Shown piece after piece: positions 24,087-34,958 of a stretch of DNA of 64,000 nucleotides (positions are counted from its first letter, which is position 1; each line of letters begins with the position of its first letter). The notes below the pieces were generated by a model. That model made no database searches, was not told the DNA's origin, and worked only from the letters and a program-made list of their open reading frames with translations. This DNA is from an uncultured SAR86 cluster bacterium (lineage in GTDB: Bacteria > Pseudomonadota > Gammaproteobacteria > Magnimaribacterales > D2472), in assembly GCA_902515155.1 (NCBI GenBank), contig CABXTT010000002.1, positions 14,409 to 78,408 of the forward strand, read 5' to 3'. The translations under genes and the position numbers were made by a program.

Positions 24087-24647
24087 TTGCATAATCAACC
24101 ATTAGATATTGAGTCATCAATCGAGTGGTTAAAGGATGGAAAATTTCTTCTCCATCCAACCGAAGGAATTTGGGGTATTGGGTGCGACGCTCTTAACGAA
24201 AAAGCTATAGCTAATTTATATACTTTAAAAAAAAGACCAGACAATAAGAGTTTTATCTTATTAGTTAAATCCATTAAAAGCATTGAGAAATATCTTATTG
24301 ATATTCCTAAAAACGAAAGAGATTATCTCAAAAATGTTTGGCCTGGACACAGTACGATCCTAATTAAATATAATAAAAAGTTACCTATGCATTTACAAAA
24401 TAATACTGGTAAGTTAGCAATAAGAGTAAGTAATCACTTACCTATAAAACTATTCTTTAAAAGATTTAGCGGTATATTAGTTTCAACATCTGCAAATATA
24501 TCAGATCATCCTCCAATGAATAATCCAGTGCAAATACTAGAAACCTTTGGTAACAAGGACCTGGCATATTATGATGCTGAATTAGGAACAAGTATCAAGC
24601 CATCAACTATCATAGATTTAGAAACAAGGAAGATTATACGAGAATAA
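24087..24647 (+). CDS. tsaC: L-threonylcarbamoyladenylate synthase (YrdC/TsaC family)
   Basis: 186-aa ORF, apparently with a TTG start. It has YrdC-fold features (PTEGIWGIGCDA, KKRPDNKSFILL, STSANIS). Confidence 0.85.
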   Translation: MHNQPLDIESSIEWLKDGKFLLHPTEGIWGIGCDALNEKAIANLYTLKKRPDNKSFILLVKSIKSIEKYLIDIPKNERDYLKNVWPGHSTILIKYNKKLPMHLQNNTGKLAIRVSNHLPIKLFFKRFSGILVSTSANISDHPPMNNPVQILETFGNKDLAYYDAELGTSIKPSTIIDLETRKIIRE

Positions 24648-24648
24648 A

Positions 24649-25554
24649 ATGATCAAAGACTTAGAAAAAATATTTAAGACTTCGCATGCAAATATTAAAG
24701 CAAATTTTTCTAATTTAGAGAGATCTAAATACGCAGTTAGATCTGACGATAAATGGAAAAGATCTGAAGGAGGTGGAGGAAATACTTTTGTTATTCAGGG
24801 AGGCAATTTTTTTGACAATTGCGCTGTAAACTTTTCTTCTATTTCAGGAAAAAAGCTTCCAAAAGCTGCCCTAGGCAACTCTTTGATAAAGTCGCCTTCT
24901 AATGGTTACAAAGCCATGGGCATTTCAGTAATATCTCATCCTAAAAACCCATTTATTCCAACTAGTCATATGAATGTAAGACTATTCTGTATTTTAGATA
25001 AAAAGGGCGATATTAAAGATTGGTGGGCTGGAGGAGGTTATGATTTAACGCCCTTTTTTCCATTTAAGAATGATTATGAAAGTTGGCATAGAGAAGCAAA
25101 AAACCTTTTAGATAATTATAATAAGAATTTTTACAAAACTTTTGCAAAAAATTGTAATGAATACTTTAAAATACCGCACAGAAAGGAAAGAAGGGGTGTT
25201 GGAGGCATATTTTTTGATAATTTTACTAAATTAGACATTGAAAATACTTCAAAAATGCTTTCGGATATTGCAAATCAGTATTTAAAGTCGTATTTATCGA
25301 TAATTAACAGAAGAAAATCAATAAAATTTACAAAAGAACATAAGGACTTTCAACTCATTAGAAGAGGAAGATACGCTGAATTTAATCTTTTATACGACAG
25401 AGGAACAGCTTTTGGTCTTCAATCTAATGGAAGAATAGAGTCAATACTGGCGTCATTGCCTAAAGATGTTAAATGGGAATACAAAAAAAACAAAAAATAT
25501 ATGAATATGGAAAAAAATCTTCTTAAATACATCAATAAGGATTGGAATGTCTAA
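24649..25554 (+). CDS. hemF: Oxygen-dependent coproporphyrinogen III oxidase
   Basis: 301-aa ORF with HemF signatures (GGGYDLTPFFPF, RRGRYAEFNLLYDRGT). Confidence 0.95.
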   Translation: MIKDLEKIFKTSHANIKANFSNLERSKYAVRSDDKWKRSEGGGGNTFVIQGGNFFDNCAVNFSSISGKKLPKAALGNSLIKSPSNGYKAMGISVISHPKNPFIPTSHMNVRLFCILDKKGDIKDWWAGGGYDLTPFFPFKNDYESWHREAKNLLDNYNKNFYKTFAKNCNEYFKIPHRKERRGVGGIFFDNFTKLDIENTSKMLSDIANQYLKSYLSIINRRKSIKFTKEHKDFQLIRRGRYAEFNLLYDRGTAFGLQSNGRIESILASLPKDVKWEYKKNKKYMNMEKNLLKYINKDWNV

Positions 25555-26362
25555 AATATTTAAATTAGGAGTTATTGGCAATCCTATTGAACATTCACTT
25601 TCACCATTTATACATTCAAGATTTGCGAGGTATGAAAATATATCTGTTGATTACATCGCATACAAAGTAGAAGAAGATAACTTTAATGAGTTTATAAATG
25701 ATTTTTTTGCAAACTCTTTATCAAAGGGATTAAATGTAACTCTTCCATTCAAAAAGCATGCTGCTGAAATACCTGGAAGTTTATCTGAAGAAGCTAAATT
25801 CATCAAAGCAGTAAATACAATTATTAGACATGAAAATAGATTTCTACTGGACTCGACTGATGGAAAGGGTTTCATGGAAGATTTAAAGTCAAATAAAATA
25901 GACATTACAGGAAAAAATATTTTGATATATGGAGCTGGTGGTGCGGTCGAGAGTATTTTATATAGAATTATTTTAGACAAACCCAAGTCGATATGTATTA
26001 TTAATAGAACCCAACAAAAGGCTTCAAGGCTAGTCAAGAAGTATCAGAGCAACTTTCAAATTGAAAGCAGTATAAATATTGAGGTAAATTATGATGTTGT
26101 TATCAATGGAAGCTCAGCAGGACTGACTGGGGCATTTATCCCACCAGAAAAAATAAAAACAAATAATAAAACATGCTTCTATGATTTGAATTATTCTCTT
26201 GATAAAACTCCATTTTGTAAATGGGCTAGTGATAATTCTTCTTATGTTTTTGATGGAATTGGTATGTTGGTTAATCAGGCAGCATATTCTTTTCAGCTTT
26301 GGTTTGATGTTTTCCCTGAAACAGGAAAAGTATTGAATGATATAAATAGCATAAAAAAATGA
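25547..26362 (+). CDS. aroE: Shikimate dehydrogenase
   Basis: 271-aa ORF with GNPIEHSLSP, NVTLPFK and a glycine-rich NADP loop (YGAGGA). Confidence 0.9.
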   Translation: MSKIFKLGVIGNPIEHSLSPFIHSRFARYENISVDYIAYKVEEDNFNEFINDFFANSLSKGLNVTLPFKKHAAEIPGSLSEEAKFIKAVNTIIRHENRFLLDSTDGKGFMEDLKSNKIDITGKNILIYGAGGAVESILYRIILDKPKSICIINRTQQKASRLVKKYQSNFQIESSINIEVNYDVVINGSSAGLTGAFIPPEKIKTNNKTCFYDLNYSLDKTPFCKWASDNSSYVFDGIGMLVNQAAYSFQLWFDVFPETGKVLNDINSIKK

Positions 26363-26559
26363 AGAAACTAGTCCAATTTATTGCTGGTGCCATATGCCCG
26401 TCTTGTAAAGAACAAGACACAATTGCAATTAATGCAGACGATGATCAAATTTATTGTGTTAAGTGCGATTTCGTTGAAAATAGGCCAAAAGAAATAAATC
26501 CTAAGAAAGATACTATTAAAGTTATAAATATTGAAGATTTTAAAAGGTCCAAAAGGTAG
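26359..26559 (+). CDS. Small zinc-ribbon protein (YheV/DUF2387-like)
   Basis: 66-aa ORF with two CxxC pairs (CPSC ... CVKC). It has a 4-nt overlap with aroE. Confidence 0.5.
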   Translation: MKKLVQFIAGAICPSCKEQDTIAINADDDQIYCVKCDFVENRPKEINPKKDTIKVINIEDFKRSKR

Positions 26560-26692
26560 AAAATCTAAATGCAAAAAGATATTATATGCACGAAAAATTA
26601 TTAGCTAAATCCTTTGTTACTTTATATAAATAGCTTATAATGCTTTATAAGTAAATATTATTTTATTCAGCACTTTCACAGGATAAAAAAAC

Positions 26693-27838
26693 ATGATGAT
26701 AGATTTTTTTAGGAATCATTCGCACAAGCTATTTTTAGCTACTATTTTGTTTACAAATCAACTTAAAGCAGATTGGTTTGCACTCAACATGACACGTGGC
26801 ATTACTAACATTAGTAATGAGGTTTTTGAGTTGCATATGCTTATATTTTGGATTTGTGTTGCCATAGGCGTGGTCGTTTTTAGTGTCATGTTCTATTCTA
26901 TGTATGCACATACCAAAAAGAAAAATCCAGTAGCTGCTACTTTTCATGAAAATACTAAAGTAGAAATAGCATGGACAATAATTCCATTTTTAATTTTAAT
27001 AGCTATGGCTGTTCCAGCATCCAAAACTCTTGTAAAGATTTATGATGATGAAGCAGGCGATGTAAACATACAGGTAACTGGTTATCAGTGGAAATGGCAA
27101 TACAGATACCTAGAGGACGATATTAGTTTTTTTGCTAATTTATCAACAGATCTAGATGAGATTTATAATCTTGTTCCTAAGGGAGAAAATTATTTACAAG
27201 AAGTTGACGAGATGGTTGTTCTTCCTGCTGGCAAAAAAATAAGATTTTTGATTACAGCTAATGATGTTATTCACTCATGGTGGATGCCAGCTTTTGCTAT
27301 TAAGCAAGACGCCATTCCAGGTTTTGTAAATACTGCATGGACAAAGGTAGATACACCAGGAATATACAGAGGCAAATGCACAGAACTTTGTGGTAAAAAT
27401 CATGGTTTTATGCCGATTGTTGTAAAAGTTGTTGAACAAGATGAATATGACGCATGGGTAACTGAGAAAAAAGAAGCCGCTATGAAGATGGCTGAATTAA
27501 CAACTAAGGAATGGACCACAGAAGAATTAGTACAAAGAGGTGAGGGAGTTTATGCAGTTAACTGTGTGGCTTGTCACCAGACAAATGGAGAAGGCATCTC
27601 AGGAATATTTCCAGCACTTGCTGGTAGTGATATATCATTAAATAATAAAGAAAGGCATATAGAAATATTAATGGAAGGAGTCCAAGGTGCTGCAATGAAT
27701 TCTTTTGACTACTTATCAGAAGTTGAGCTTGCATCAGTCATAACTTATACAAGACAAGCTTGGGGTAATGCTGAAGATGGCGATGGAGAGATAGTAGTTC
27801 CAAAAGATATTGTAGAATACAAAAAACCAAAAATTTAA
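26693..27838 (+). CDS. coxB: Cytochrome c oxidase subunit II with fused C-terminal cytochrome c domain
   Basis: 381-aa ORF with two TM helices, a CuA site (HSWWMP ... CTELCGKNHGFM) and a C-terminal heme c motif (CVACHQ). Confidence 0.95.
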   Translation: MMIDFFRNHSHKLFLATILFTNQLKADWFALNMTRGITNISNEVFELHMLIFWICVAIGVVVFSVMFYSMYAHTKKKNPVAATFHENTKVEIAWTIIPFLILIAMAVPASKTLVKIYDDEAGDVNIQVTGYQWKWQYRYLEDDISFFANLSTDLDEIYNLVPKGENYLQEVDEMVVLPAGKKIRFLITANDVIHSWWMPAFAIKQDAIPGFVNTAWTKVDTPGIYRGKCTELCGKNHGFMPIVVKVVEQDEYDAWVTEKKEAAMKMAELTTKEWTTEELVQRGEGVYAVNCVACHQTNGEGISGIFPALAGSDISLNNKERHIEILMEGVQGAAMNSFDYLSEVELASVITYTRQAWGNAEDGDGEIVVPKDIVEYKKPKI

Positions 27839-27857
27839 AACTAGAGAGAGATAAATT

Positions 27858-29441
27858 ATGAGCGCAGTAATAGAAAATCATCATGATGATCATCATCATG
27901 GCCCTGCAAAAGGTTTACAAAGATGGCTATATACAACCAATCATAAAGATATAGGAACACTATATTTATGGTTTAGTTTTGCAATGTTTTTGATTGGTGG
28001 TGCCATGGCTATGGTAATTAGGGCAGAGTTATTTCAACCAGGAATGCAGATAGTAGAGCCTGAATTCTATAATCAAATGATTACTCTTCACGGCCTTATC
28101 ATGATATTTGGTGGAGTTATGCCTGCTTTTGTGGGGCTTGCTAATTGGCTGGTTCCAATGATGATAGGTGCTCCTGATATGGCCTTGCCTAGAATGAATA
28201 ATTTGAGTTTCTGGATTCTTCCTTTTGCATTTTTCATACTTCTATCTTCTTTATTCATGGAAGGCGGAGCTCCAAATTTTGGATGGACTTTTTATGCACC
28301 ACTCTCCACAACGTATGCACCGCCAAGCGTAACCTTCTTTATATTTTCAGTTCACATAATGGGAGCCTCTTCAATTATGGGCTCTATTAATGTTGTTGTT
28401 ACTATCATGAATATGAGAGCACCTGGCGTAGGATTAATGAAAATGCCGTTATTTGTCTGGTCATGGCTAATAACAGCTTATCTGCTCATTGCGGTTATGC
28501 CAGTTCTTGCTGGTGCGGTAACTATGATGCTGATGGATATTCATTTTGGAACAAGTTTTTTTAATGCTGCAGGCGGTGGAGACCCTGTTTTATTTCAACA
28601 TATTTTTTGGTTCTTTGGTCACCCAGAAGTTTATATAATGATCTTGCCTGCTTTTGGTATCGTATCTCATATTATTGAAACTTTTTCTAGAAAGCAGCTC
28701 TTTGGATATTCATCAATGGTTTGGGCAATGTTATCAATTGCAATTTTATCTTTTGTAGTTTGGGCCCATCATATGTTTACAGTGGGCATGCCTCTTGCAG
28801 CTGAATTATTTTTTATGTGGGCAACAATGTTGATTGCAGTTCCAACAGGTGTGAAAGTCTTTAACTGGATTGCTACTATGTTTAGAGGCTCGATTACTTT
28901 TGAGACACCAATGTTATTTGCATGTGCATTTGTTGTTCTTTTCACTATTGGAGGATTCTCAGGGTTAATGCTAGCCATTGTCCCGGCTGATTTCCAATAT
29001 CATGATACTTATTTTGTTGTTGCACACTTTCATTATGTTTTGGTTCCAGGCGCAATATTTTCAATAATGGCAGCTGTTTACTATTGGATTCCAAAATGGT
29101 GTGGAAATATGTATGACGAGAGATTGGGCAAACTCCATTTCTGGCTATCATTCATTGGAGTAAACGTAACTTTCTTCCCTCAACATTTCATCGGTTTAGC
29201 TGGAATGCCTAGAAGATATCCTGACTATGCACTGCAGTTTGCAGATTGGAACATGGTTTCAACTGTAGGAGCTTTCTTGTTCGGAGTATCCCAATTACTG
29301 TTTTTATTTATTGTAGTAAAAACAGTTATGGGTGGTAAAAAAGCAACTGATCAAGTTTGGGAAGGGGCCAGAGGACTTGAGTGGACAGTAGCTTCCCCAG
29401 CTCCATATCACACCTTCACTACTCCTCCTAAGGTAGATTAA
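27858..29441 (+). CDS. coxA: Cytochrome c oxidase subunit I (aa3-type)
   Basis: 527-aa 12-TM ORF with conserved heme-copper oxidase segments ([17 protein letters not shown]). Confidence 0.97.
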   Translation: MSAVIENHHDDHHHGPAKGLQRWLYTTNHKDIGTLYLWFSFAMFLIGGAMAMVIRAELFQPGMQIVEPEFYNQMITLHGLIMIFGGVMPAFVGLANWLVPMMIGAPDMALPRMNNLSFWILPFAFFILLSSLFMEGGAPNFGWTFYAPLSTTYAPPSVTFFIFSVHIMGASSIMGSINVVVTIMNMRAPGVGLMKMPLFVWSWLITAYLLIAVMPVLAGAVTMMLMDIHFGTSFFNAAGGGDPVLFQHIFWFFGHPEVYIMILPAFGIVSHIIETFSRKQLFGYSSMVWAMLSIAILSFVVWAHHMFTVGMPLAAELFFMWATMLIAVPTGVKVFNWIATMFRGSITFETPMLFACAFVVLFTIGGFSGLMLAIVPADFQYHDTYFVVAHFHYVLVPGAIFSIMAAVYYWIPKWCGNMYDERLGKLHFWLSFIGVNVTFFPQHFIGLAGMPRRYPDYALQFADWNMVSTVGAFLFGVSQLLFLFIVVKTVMGGKKATDQVWEGARGLEWTVASPAPYHTFTTPPKVD

Positions 29442-30001
29442 TGAATCCTGATGCAAAGAAAACACTAAAGAGACTCTTAATTGCAGTCCCATTAATGTTT
29501 GCATTTGGTTTTGCATTAGTTCCGCTATATGACGTTTTTTGTGAAGTGACTGGAATTAATGGAAAAGTTTTTCAATCAGAGCATGACGGTGATCTTGTTA
29601 ATGAAGATGGAAGACCAATTGCTCTTCAGTTTATATCTACTAACAATGAAAATATGCCTTGGATATTCAAGCCTTCTAAAGAGGTAATGGATATATCCAC
29701 TGGAAAATATTATTCAGCAACTTTTTATGTAAAAAATACAACAAATAAAAAAATGGTAGCTCAAGCTGTTCCAAGTGTTGCACCATCTAATGCTGCAGCA
29801 CACCTAAAAAAATTAGAGTGTTTTTGTTTTGAGCAACAAGAATTAATGCCTGGTGAAGAAGCAACCTTGCCAGTTAGATTGCTTGTCTCCAACGAACTTC
29901 CTGAAAATATTAAAAACGTTATTCTGTCTTATACTATTTTTGATATTACAGATTACGAATCCGAAGCTTTAGCACATCATAATATGGATACGGGTAATTA
30001 A
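29441..30001 (+). CDS. ctaG: Cytochrome c oxidase assembly protein CtaG/Cox11
   Basis: 186-aa ORF with an N-terminal TM helix and the Cox11 copper motif CFCF. It lies between coxA and coxC. Confidence 0.9.
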   Translation: MNPDAKKTLKRLLIAVPLMFAFGFALVPLYDVFCEVTGINGKVFQSEHDGDLVNEDGRPIALQFISTNNENMPWIFKPSKEVMDISTGKYYSATFYVKNTTNKKMVAQAVPSVAPSNAAAHLKKLECFCFEQQELMPGEEATLPVRLLVSNELPENIKNVILSYTIFDITDYESEALAHHNMDTGN

Positions 30002-30007
30002 GATATT

Positions 30008-30922
30008 ATGAGTACTCAAAACTATTACGTACCAGATCAAAGTAGATTTCCTATATTCATGGCCTTTTCACTATTCGTTTTAGTAATGGGCGCATCGAGC
30101 ACTATAAATAATCTCGATAATCCAGATAGCAATTCTGTGTACATTCTATATGCTGGATTTTTATCTCTTTTCACTACTCTATTTTTCTGGTTTAGACAGG
30201 TAATTAAAGAGCACTTAGCTGGACTTGATAGCAATCAACTTAAAACATCATACGTTTATGGCATGGCTTGGTTTATCTTCTCTGAGGTTATGTTTTTTGC
30301 AGCATTTTTTGGTGCTTTATTTTATGTAAGAACTTTCGCTGTACCTTGGCTTGGCGGCGTTGGCGAAAAAGGAATTGGTGTTGCCGCAATTGATTTATGG
30401 GATGGCTTTGAAGCAACTTGGCCGCTAATTACAACGCCTGATAATGGAGCTGCATATGACTTGGCAGATAAGAGTATGGCATGGCCTGGATGGGGACATG
30501 CATTAGAGTGGCTTCCTCTTTGGAATACAATTGTTCTTTTAAGCTCAAGTGTTACCGTTCACTTTGCCCATGTAGCTTTAAAAAATGGTAATAGAAAGAG
30601 ATTTAATAGGTTCCTTGGCGTCACAGTAACGTTAGCACTCATATTTGTTGGACTCCAAGCTGCAGAATACTATGAAGCTTACGCCCACTATGGACTTACT
30701 TTAAATTCTGGAATATACGGATCTACTTTTTTTATGCTAACAGGTTTTCACGGCTTCCATGTAATGATGGGGGGCTTTATGCTTGCAATTATGTTGGCTA
30801 GGTCGGTTTTTGCTGGTCATTTTGAAGACCACGATCATTTTGGATTTGAGGCAGCCTCTTGGTACTGGCACTTTGTTGATGTTGTATGGGTAATGCTGTT
30901 CTTATTTGTTTATATTCTTTAA
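30008..30922 (+). CDS. coxC: Cytochrome c oxidase subunit III
   Basis: 304-aa 7-TM ORF with the typical subunit III C-terminus (ASWYWHFVDVVW). Confidence 0.95.
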   Translation: MSTQNYYVPDQSRFPIFMAFSLFVLVMGASSTINNLDNPDSNSVYILYAGFLSLFTTLFFWFRQVIKEHLAGLDSNQLKTSYVYGMAWFIFSEVMFFAAFFGALFYVRTFAVPWLGGVGEKGIGVAAIDLWDGFEATWPLITTPDNGAAYDLADKSMAWPGWGHALEWLPLWNTIVLLSSSVTVHFAHVALKNGNRKRFNRFLGVTVTLALIFVGLQAAEYYEAYAHYGLTLNSGIYGSTFFMLTGFHGFHVMMGGFMLAIMLARSVFAGHFEDHDHFGFEAASWYWHFVDVVWVMLFLFVYIL

Positions 30923-31137
30923 GAACCGTCCCAAGGGACACTATTTCCGAGTTCACCAGTATACAAGCCAATAGCCACAAGAATGATTATTGTTGCAGCA
31001 AAAAAAACTCTAAGGCCTAAAAGATATAAAGTTCTCTTTTTCTCCCTTTTTCCTTGATCAACCAGAAGAAAGAACAATGACCCAGCTAAAGACAAAAGTA
31101 GTAAAGGTACAAAAATATAAATTAGCGTTGTAATCAT
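30919..31137 (-). CDS. Small twin-TM membrane protein (DUF2909-like) of cox clusters
   Basis: 72-aa ORF with two hydrophobic helices, convergent with coxC (4-nt overlap). A small protein of this kind commonly sits between coxC and SURF1 in gammaproteobacteria. Confidence 0.5.
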   Translation of the reverse strand: MITTLIYIFVPLLLLSLAGSLFFLLVDQGKREKKRTLYLLGLRVFFAATIIILVAIGLYTGELGNSVPWDGS

Positions 31138-31171
31138 GATGAGATTTTAAAGCATATATACTTTAATAGAT

Positions 31172-31948
31172 ATGAAAAGAAAAAGTTTTAAACCTGGAGT
31201 TTCACTAACAATATTTTTTGTTTTTTTTGCGTGTGTATTTTTTGCATTGGGGCTCTGGCAAATTGATAGAGGGCAAGCAAAAACAAAAATCATTTCAGAA
31301 TTTGAAGTTCGTTCTAAGCAGGTAGGATGCCCATACAATTTATACAAAGATGGCGAAGACACTGTCAATAATTTAGTTTCAGAAGGTTATTGCACATCAA
31401 AGAGTAAACAATGGGATCAGGTAAGCATTGATGGAGAGTTTGATGAGAGCAAGCAAATATTATTAGATAACGTAATATATAATGGTATTGCAGGATATAA
31501 AGTTCTTACGCCATTAAAAATAAAATCATCAGAAAACTTTATTCTTGTTGATAGGGGTTGGATCTCTAGGGATACTTTCAAAAAAGGACTACCTAAAATT
31601 TATAAAGAACCATTTTATGGCGACGCAAGCTTTAATGGCGTGCTCGAAGATCCAGAATTAGGCTTAGTCCTGTCAGATGATTTAGTAACAAAAAAATGGC
31701 CTAAGATTTCTCAATCAAAAAATTTAGATATTCTAAGCAAAGAGTATAATTATAGTCTTGAGCCATATATTTTGGTTTTGAATGAGGAAGTGCCAGGAAC
31801 AAATTTGAATAGCTTAGATTTTATAGGCATAGTCCCGACAACCATGATGCCAGTTAAGCATTATGGATATTCAATGACCTGGTTCTCAATGTTTTTAGCA
31901 ATATGTTTTATGTATTTATGGATAGGATTTAAAAGAAATGAAGAATAA
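31172..31948 (+). CDS. SURF1 family cytochrome oxidase biogenesis protein
   Basis: 258-aa ORF with N- and C-terminal TM helices and the SURF1 motif (LGLWQIDRGQAK). Confidence 0.85.
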   Translation: MKRKSFKPGVSLTIFFVFFACVFFALGLWQIDRGQAKTKIISEFEVRSKQVGCPYNLYKDGEDTVNNLVSEGYCTSKSKQWDQVSIDGEFDESKQILLDNVIYNGIAGYKVLTPLKIKSSENFILVDRGWISRDTFKKGLPKIYKEPFYGDASFNGVLEDPELGLVLSDDLVTKKWPKISQSKNLDILSKEYNYSLEPYILVLNEEVPGTNLNSLDFIGIVPTTMMPVKHYGYSMTWFSMFLAICFMYLWIGFKRNEE

Positions 31949-32486
31949 GATTTTTTTAGCCGCTATTTTAATAACACCAATATTAGTTTTAATAGTTTCA
32001 TCGCTTTACTTTACTTTTGGATATTCACCGGAAGGAACAAAAAATAATGGAGTCTTTTTCAATAGCTATTTTAATTTCGATCAATTTAGGCAAAGCGAAG
32101 AAAAAAACCTTATTGATTTTGAAGATGGTAAATGGGTTATGGGAGTTTATATTACCAACCCAATAAAATCCTCAGATTCTTTATACCTAATGCGACAGTT
32201 GAATGTTGCATTAAATAGAGATATTTATAGAGTTAAAAGAGTAGCTTTTTACTCAAACCTCTTGTTAGAAGATGAAGTCAAAAAGTTGATTTCAATTTAC
32301 CCCAGGACAGAGTTAATAATTGATGAATCAGGAAGGCTATTGAATACTCTTCAAAATAATGCACAGATAGATATGTATGACGAGAATCCAATTTTTATAA
32401 TAGATCCATATGGAAGAGCTGTGATGTATTTTTCTCCTGGAACAGACCCCAAAAAAATATTAAAAGATCTTAAGGTGTTAATTTAA
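31938..32486 (+). CDS. Conserved hypothetical membrane-anchored protein of the cox assembly cluster
   Basis: 182-aa ORF with one N-terminal TM helix and no recognisable catalytic motif. It lies between SURF1 and ctaA with 11-nt and 1-nt overlaps, as in Pseudomonas-type clusters. Confidence 0.55.
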   Translation: MKNKIFLAAILITPILVLIVSSLYFTFGYSPEGTKNNGVFFNSYFNFDQFRQSEEKNLIDFEDGKWVMGVYITNPIKSSDSLYLMRQLNVALNRDIYRVKRVAFYSNLLLEDEVKKLISIYPRTELIIDESGRLLNTLQNNAQIDMYDENPIFIIDPYGRAVMYFSPGTDPKKILKDLKVLI

Positions 32487-33460
32487 TGAATAATATAAAA
32501 AATTTATCTTTTTTAGGAATATGTCTAGCATTTGTTGTTATTGCCTTGGGTGCATGGACACGACTAGTTGATGCAGGATTAGGCTGTCCAGACTGGCCTG
32601 GATGTTATGGTTTTGTTGTTTTTCCAATAAATGAAGCTGATATAGCAATCGCTGAAAGTTTATATCCAGAATTTCCCTATGATATTAATAAAGCAATACC
32701 TGAAGTGGTACACAGATATTTTGCAGCTACTCTAGGGCTATTTGCAATTTTTTTGGTATATCTATCTTTTAAACAAAATGAGAACAAAAATATCAGGCTA
32801 TGGACAATAGGCCTGTTAATTTTTATTTGCTGTCAGGGAATATTTGGCTACTTAACAGTTAGCCTAAAACTACTACCTATAATTGTTACTGGCCATCTTT
32901 TTGGTGGATTTACCACACTTACTTTATTCTTTTATATTTTTTTAAAGTCTAGTAATTTTGAGATTTTAAACAAAATGAAAATACCTAATCTAAAATTCAT
33001 AGCTGGCCTAGCATTTTTTATTTTAATAATTCAAATATTTTTAGGCGTTTGGACCAGCACTAACTATGCTTCATTAGCTTGTGCAGACTTTCCGACTTGC
33101 CAAGGAAGCTATCTTCCAGAAATGGACTTTAAAAATGGATTTAACCTAAACCAAGAGGTTGGACCAAACTATTTATATGGATTACTAGACAACCCTTCAA
33201 GAGTTGCCGTTCATTATTCTCATAGAGTCTCAGCTATACTCGTAACCCTAATTTTTCTTATTTTAATGTCGAAATTATGGTTTACTAATGCAGCACCGCT
33301 TGCTTCTACGCTAGGAATTCTTTTAATTACTCAAATAAGTCTTGGAATAATTAATGTGGTTTATGTTTTGCCCTTATATGTTGCGATTGCTCACAATCTT
33401 GTAGCAGCTACCTTATTATTAACTATATTTACAATTAACTACTTAGCTTGGAAAAAATGA
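32486..33460 (+). CDS. ctaA: Heme A synthase (COX15/CtaA family)
   Basis: 324-aa polytopic ORF with the N-terminal GLGCPDWPGCYG motif and conserved His residues in the TM helices. Confidence 0.85.
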   Translation: MNNIKNLSFLGICLAFVVIALGAWTRLVDAGLGCPDWPGCYGFVVFPINEADIAIAESLYPEFPYDINKAIPEVVHRYFAATLGLFAIFLVYLSFKQNENKNIRLWTIGLLIFICCQGIFGYLTVSLKLLPIIVTGHLFGGFTTLTLFFYIFLKSSNFEILNKMKIPNLKFIAGLAFFILIIQIFLGVWTSTNYASLACADFPTCQGSYLPEMDFKNGFNLNQEVGPNYLYGLLDNPSRVAVHYSHRVSAILVTLIFLILMSKLWFTNAAPLASTLGILLITQISLGIINVVYVLPLYVAIAHNLVAATLLLTIFTINYLAWKK

Positions 33461-34320
33461 ATCTTCTAAGAAGTTATTACGTTCTATGTAAACCTAATGT
33501 TGTATATATGATGCTAATTTGCGCATTAGTTGGAATGCTTTTAGCAGAGGAATCAGTCACTTCAGTAACAAATATTGTCGTTGCACTAATTGGAATTGCA
33601 TTATGCTCTGGGTCTGCAGCTGCTATAAATCAAGTAATTGACAGGAAAGCAGATGCAGCAATGACACGGACAGATCAAAGACCGCTTCCTCAGGGCGAAT
33701 TAAGTGCTACTCATGCTTCATCTTTTGCATTTGTAATAGGCGTCGTTGGAGCATTAGTATTATATTTATACATCAATACTCTCACGATGATTCTTACCAT
33801 AGCCTCTCTAATTGGTTACGCATTTATTTATACGGTGTATCTAAAAAGAGCTACTCCTCAAAATATTGTTATAGGTGGCTTAGCAGGTGCAGCTCCTCCT
33901 CTTTTAGGCTGGGCTGCAATCAGTAATACTATTGATCCTTATGCGCTTCTTCTTGTTCTAATAATATTTGTTTGGACGCCTCCTCATTTTTGGGCATTAG
34001 CCATATATAGAAAAGATGAATATGCAAAAGAATCTATACCAATGCTACCAGTAACCCACGGTGTAGCTTTTACAAAACTTCAGATAGTTTTATATACAAT
34101 TATTCTTTTTATAGTAAGTATCCTTCCATATATTGTTTTGATGTCAGGAGGCATATACCTAATTTCAGCAGTAATTCTTAGTTCAATGTTTATGTATTAC
34201 TCTATTAAGCTATATTTCAGCTCAGACGATGAAATTGCAATGAAGACATTTAATTTTTCAATTTATTATATTTTTTTAATATTTGTAGCTTTGCTATGTG
34301 ATCATTACCTAATTCGATGA
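33457..34320 (+). CDS. ctaB: Protoheme IX farnesyltransferase (heme O synthase)
   Basis: UbiA-family ORF with motifs (NQVIDRKADAAMTRTDQRPLP, WTPPHFWALA). The ORF track starts at TTG 33448. ATG 33457 gives the common ATGA overlap with ctaA. Confidence 0.93.
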   Translation: MNLLRSYYVLCKPNVVYMMLICALVGMLLAEESVTSVTNIVVALIGIALCSGSAAAINQVIDRKADAAMTRTDQRPLPQGELSATHASSFAFVIGVVGALVLYLYINTLTMILTIASLIGYAFIYTVYLKRATPQNIVIGGLAGAAPPLLGWAAISNTIDPYALLLVLIIFVWTPPHFWALAIYRKDEYAKESIPMLPVTHGVAFTKLQIVLYTIILFIVSILPYIVLMSGGIYLISAVILSSMFMYYSIKLYFSSDDEIAMKTFNFSIYYIFLIFVALLCDHYLIR

Positions 34321-34958
34321 AAGCTATAAACAGAAATTTACTTTTAATTGTAATTTTTATTGTCACAGTTTTAGGCCTTTTTATAAATAAACTTACTACT
34401 CCAAGAACTCTAAGCAATAACGAGCTTTTAATTAACGGACTTTTCCTTTTTAAAACACCAAAACAAATATCTGATTTTGAATTTTTTACTGAAAATAATA
34501 AGCTTTTTACTAAAGCTGACTTAATGGGCAAATGGACAATAATGTATTTTGGGTTTTCAAGGTGTCCAGATGAGTGTCCTACAACTATGTATGAGCTATC
34601 TAAACTTATTAAAGTTTTAAGGGACAAAAACTATAATCTTGAAAACAAACAATGGGTTCTTGTATCTATCGATCCTGAAAGGGATACGCCAGAAATTATC
34701 AATAATTATGCAAAAGGTTTTGATAATGATTTTATTGGAGTGAGTAATGTGAGACCAATGTTACTAAACTTGGCAACTCAGTTATCAGTAAATAATGTAA
34801 TGCCTATGGCCGGCAATGAAATAGACCATTCTCACCTAGAAAACCACGTTAATAGTATTATTTTGTTAAACCCTCAAGGAGAATTTGCTGGACTCTTTAG
34901 ACCCCCTTTTAGCACCTCGAGGCTGTCACTAACCTATCAGTCTGTAACGCAAGATTAA
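34317..34958 (+). CDS. SCO1/SenC family copper chaperone
   Basis: 213-aa ORF with an N-terminal TM anchor and a thioredoxin fold carrying the CxxxC copper motif (FSRCPDECPTT) plus a downstream His. Confidence 0.9.
   Translation: MKAINRNLLLIVIFIVTVLGLFINKLTTPRTLSNNELLINGLFLFKTPKQISDFEFFTENNKLFTKADLMGKWTIMYFGFSRCPDECPTTMYELSKLIKVLRDKNYNLENKQWVLVSIDPERDTPEIINNYAKGFDNDFIGVSNVRPMLLNLATQLSVNNVMPMAGNEIDHSHLENHVNSIILLNPQGEFAGLFRPPFSTSRLSLTYQSVTQD

Noticed and set aside
27858-27905. His-rich stretch ([10 protein letters not shown]) at the CoxA N-terminus as a possible artificial tag or insertion.
   Set aside because: His/Asp-rich N-termini immediately before GPAKGL..W are a natural feature of gammaproteobacterial aa3 subunit I.
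31147-31368. 73-aa minus-strand ORF overlapping the SURF1 start.
   Set aside because: It overlaps the well-supported SURF1 N-terminus on the opposite strand and has no family resemblance. The intergenic part is only about 25 nt.
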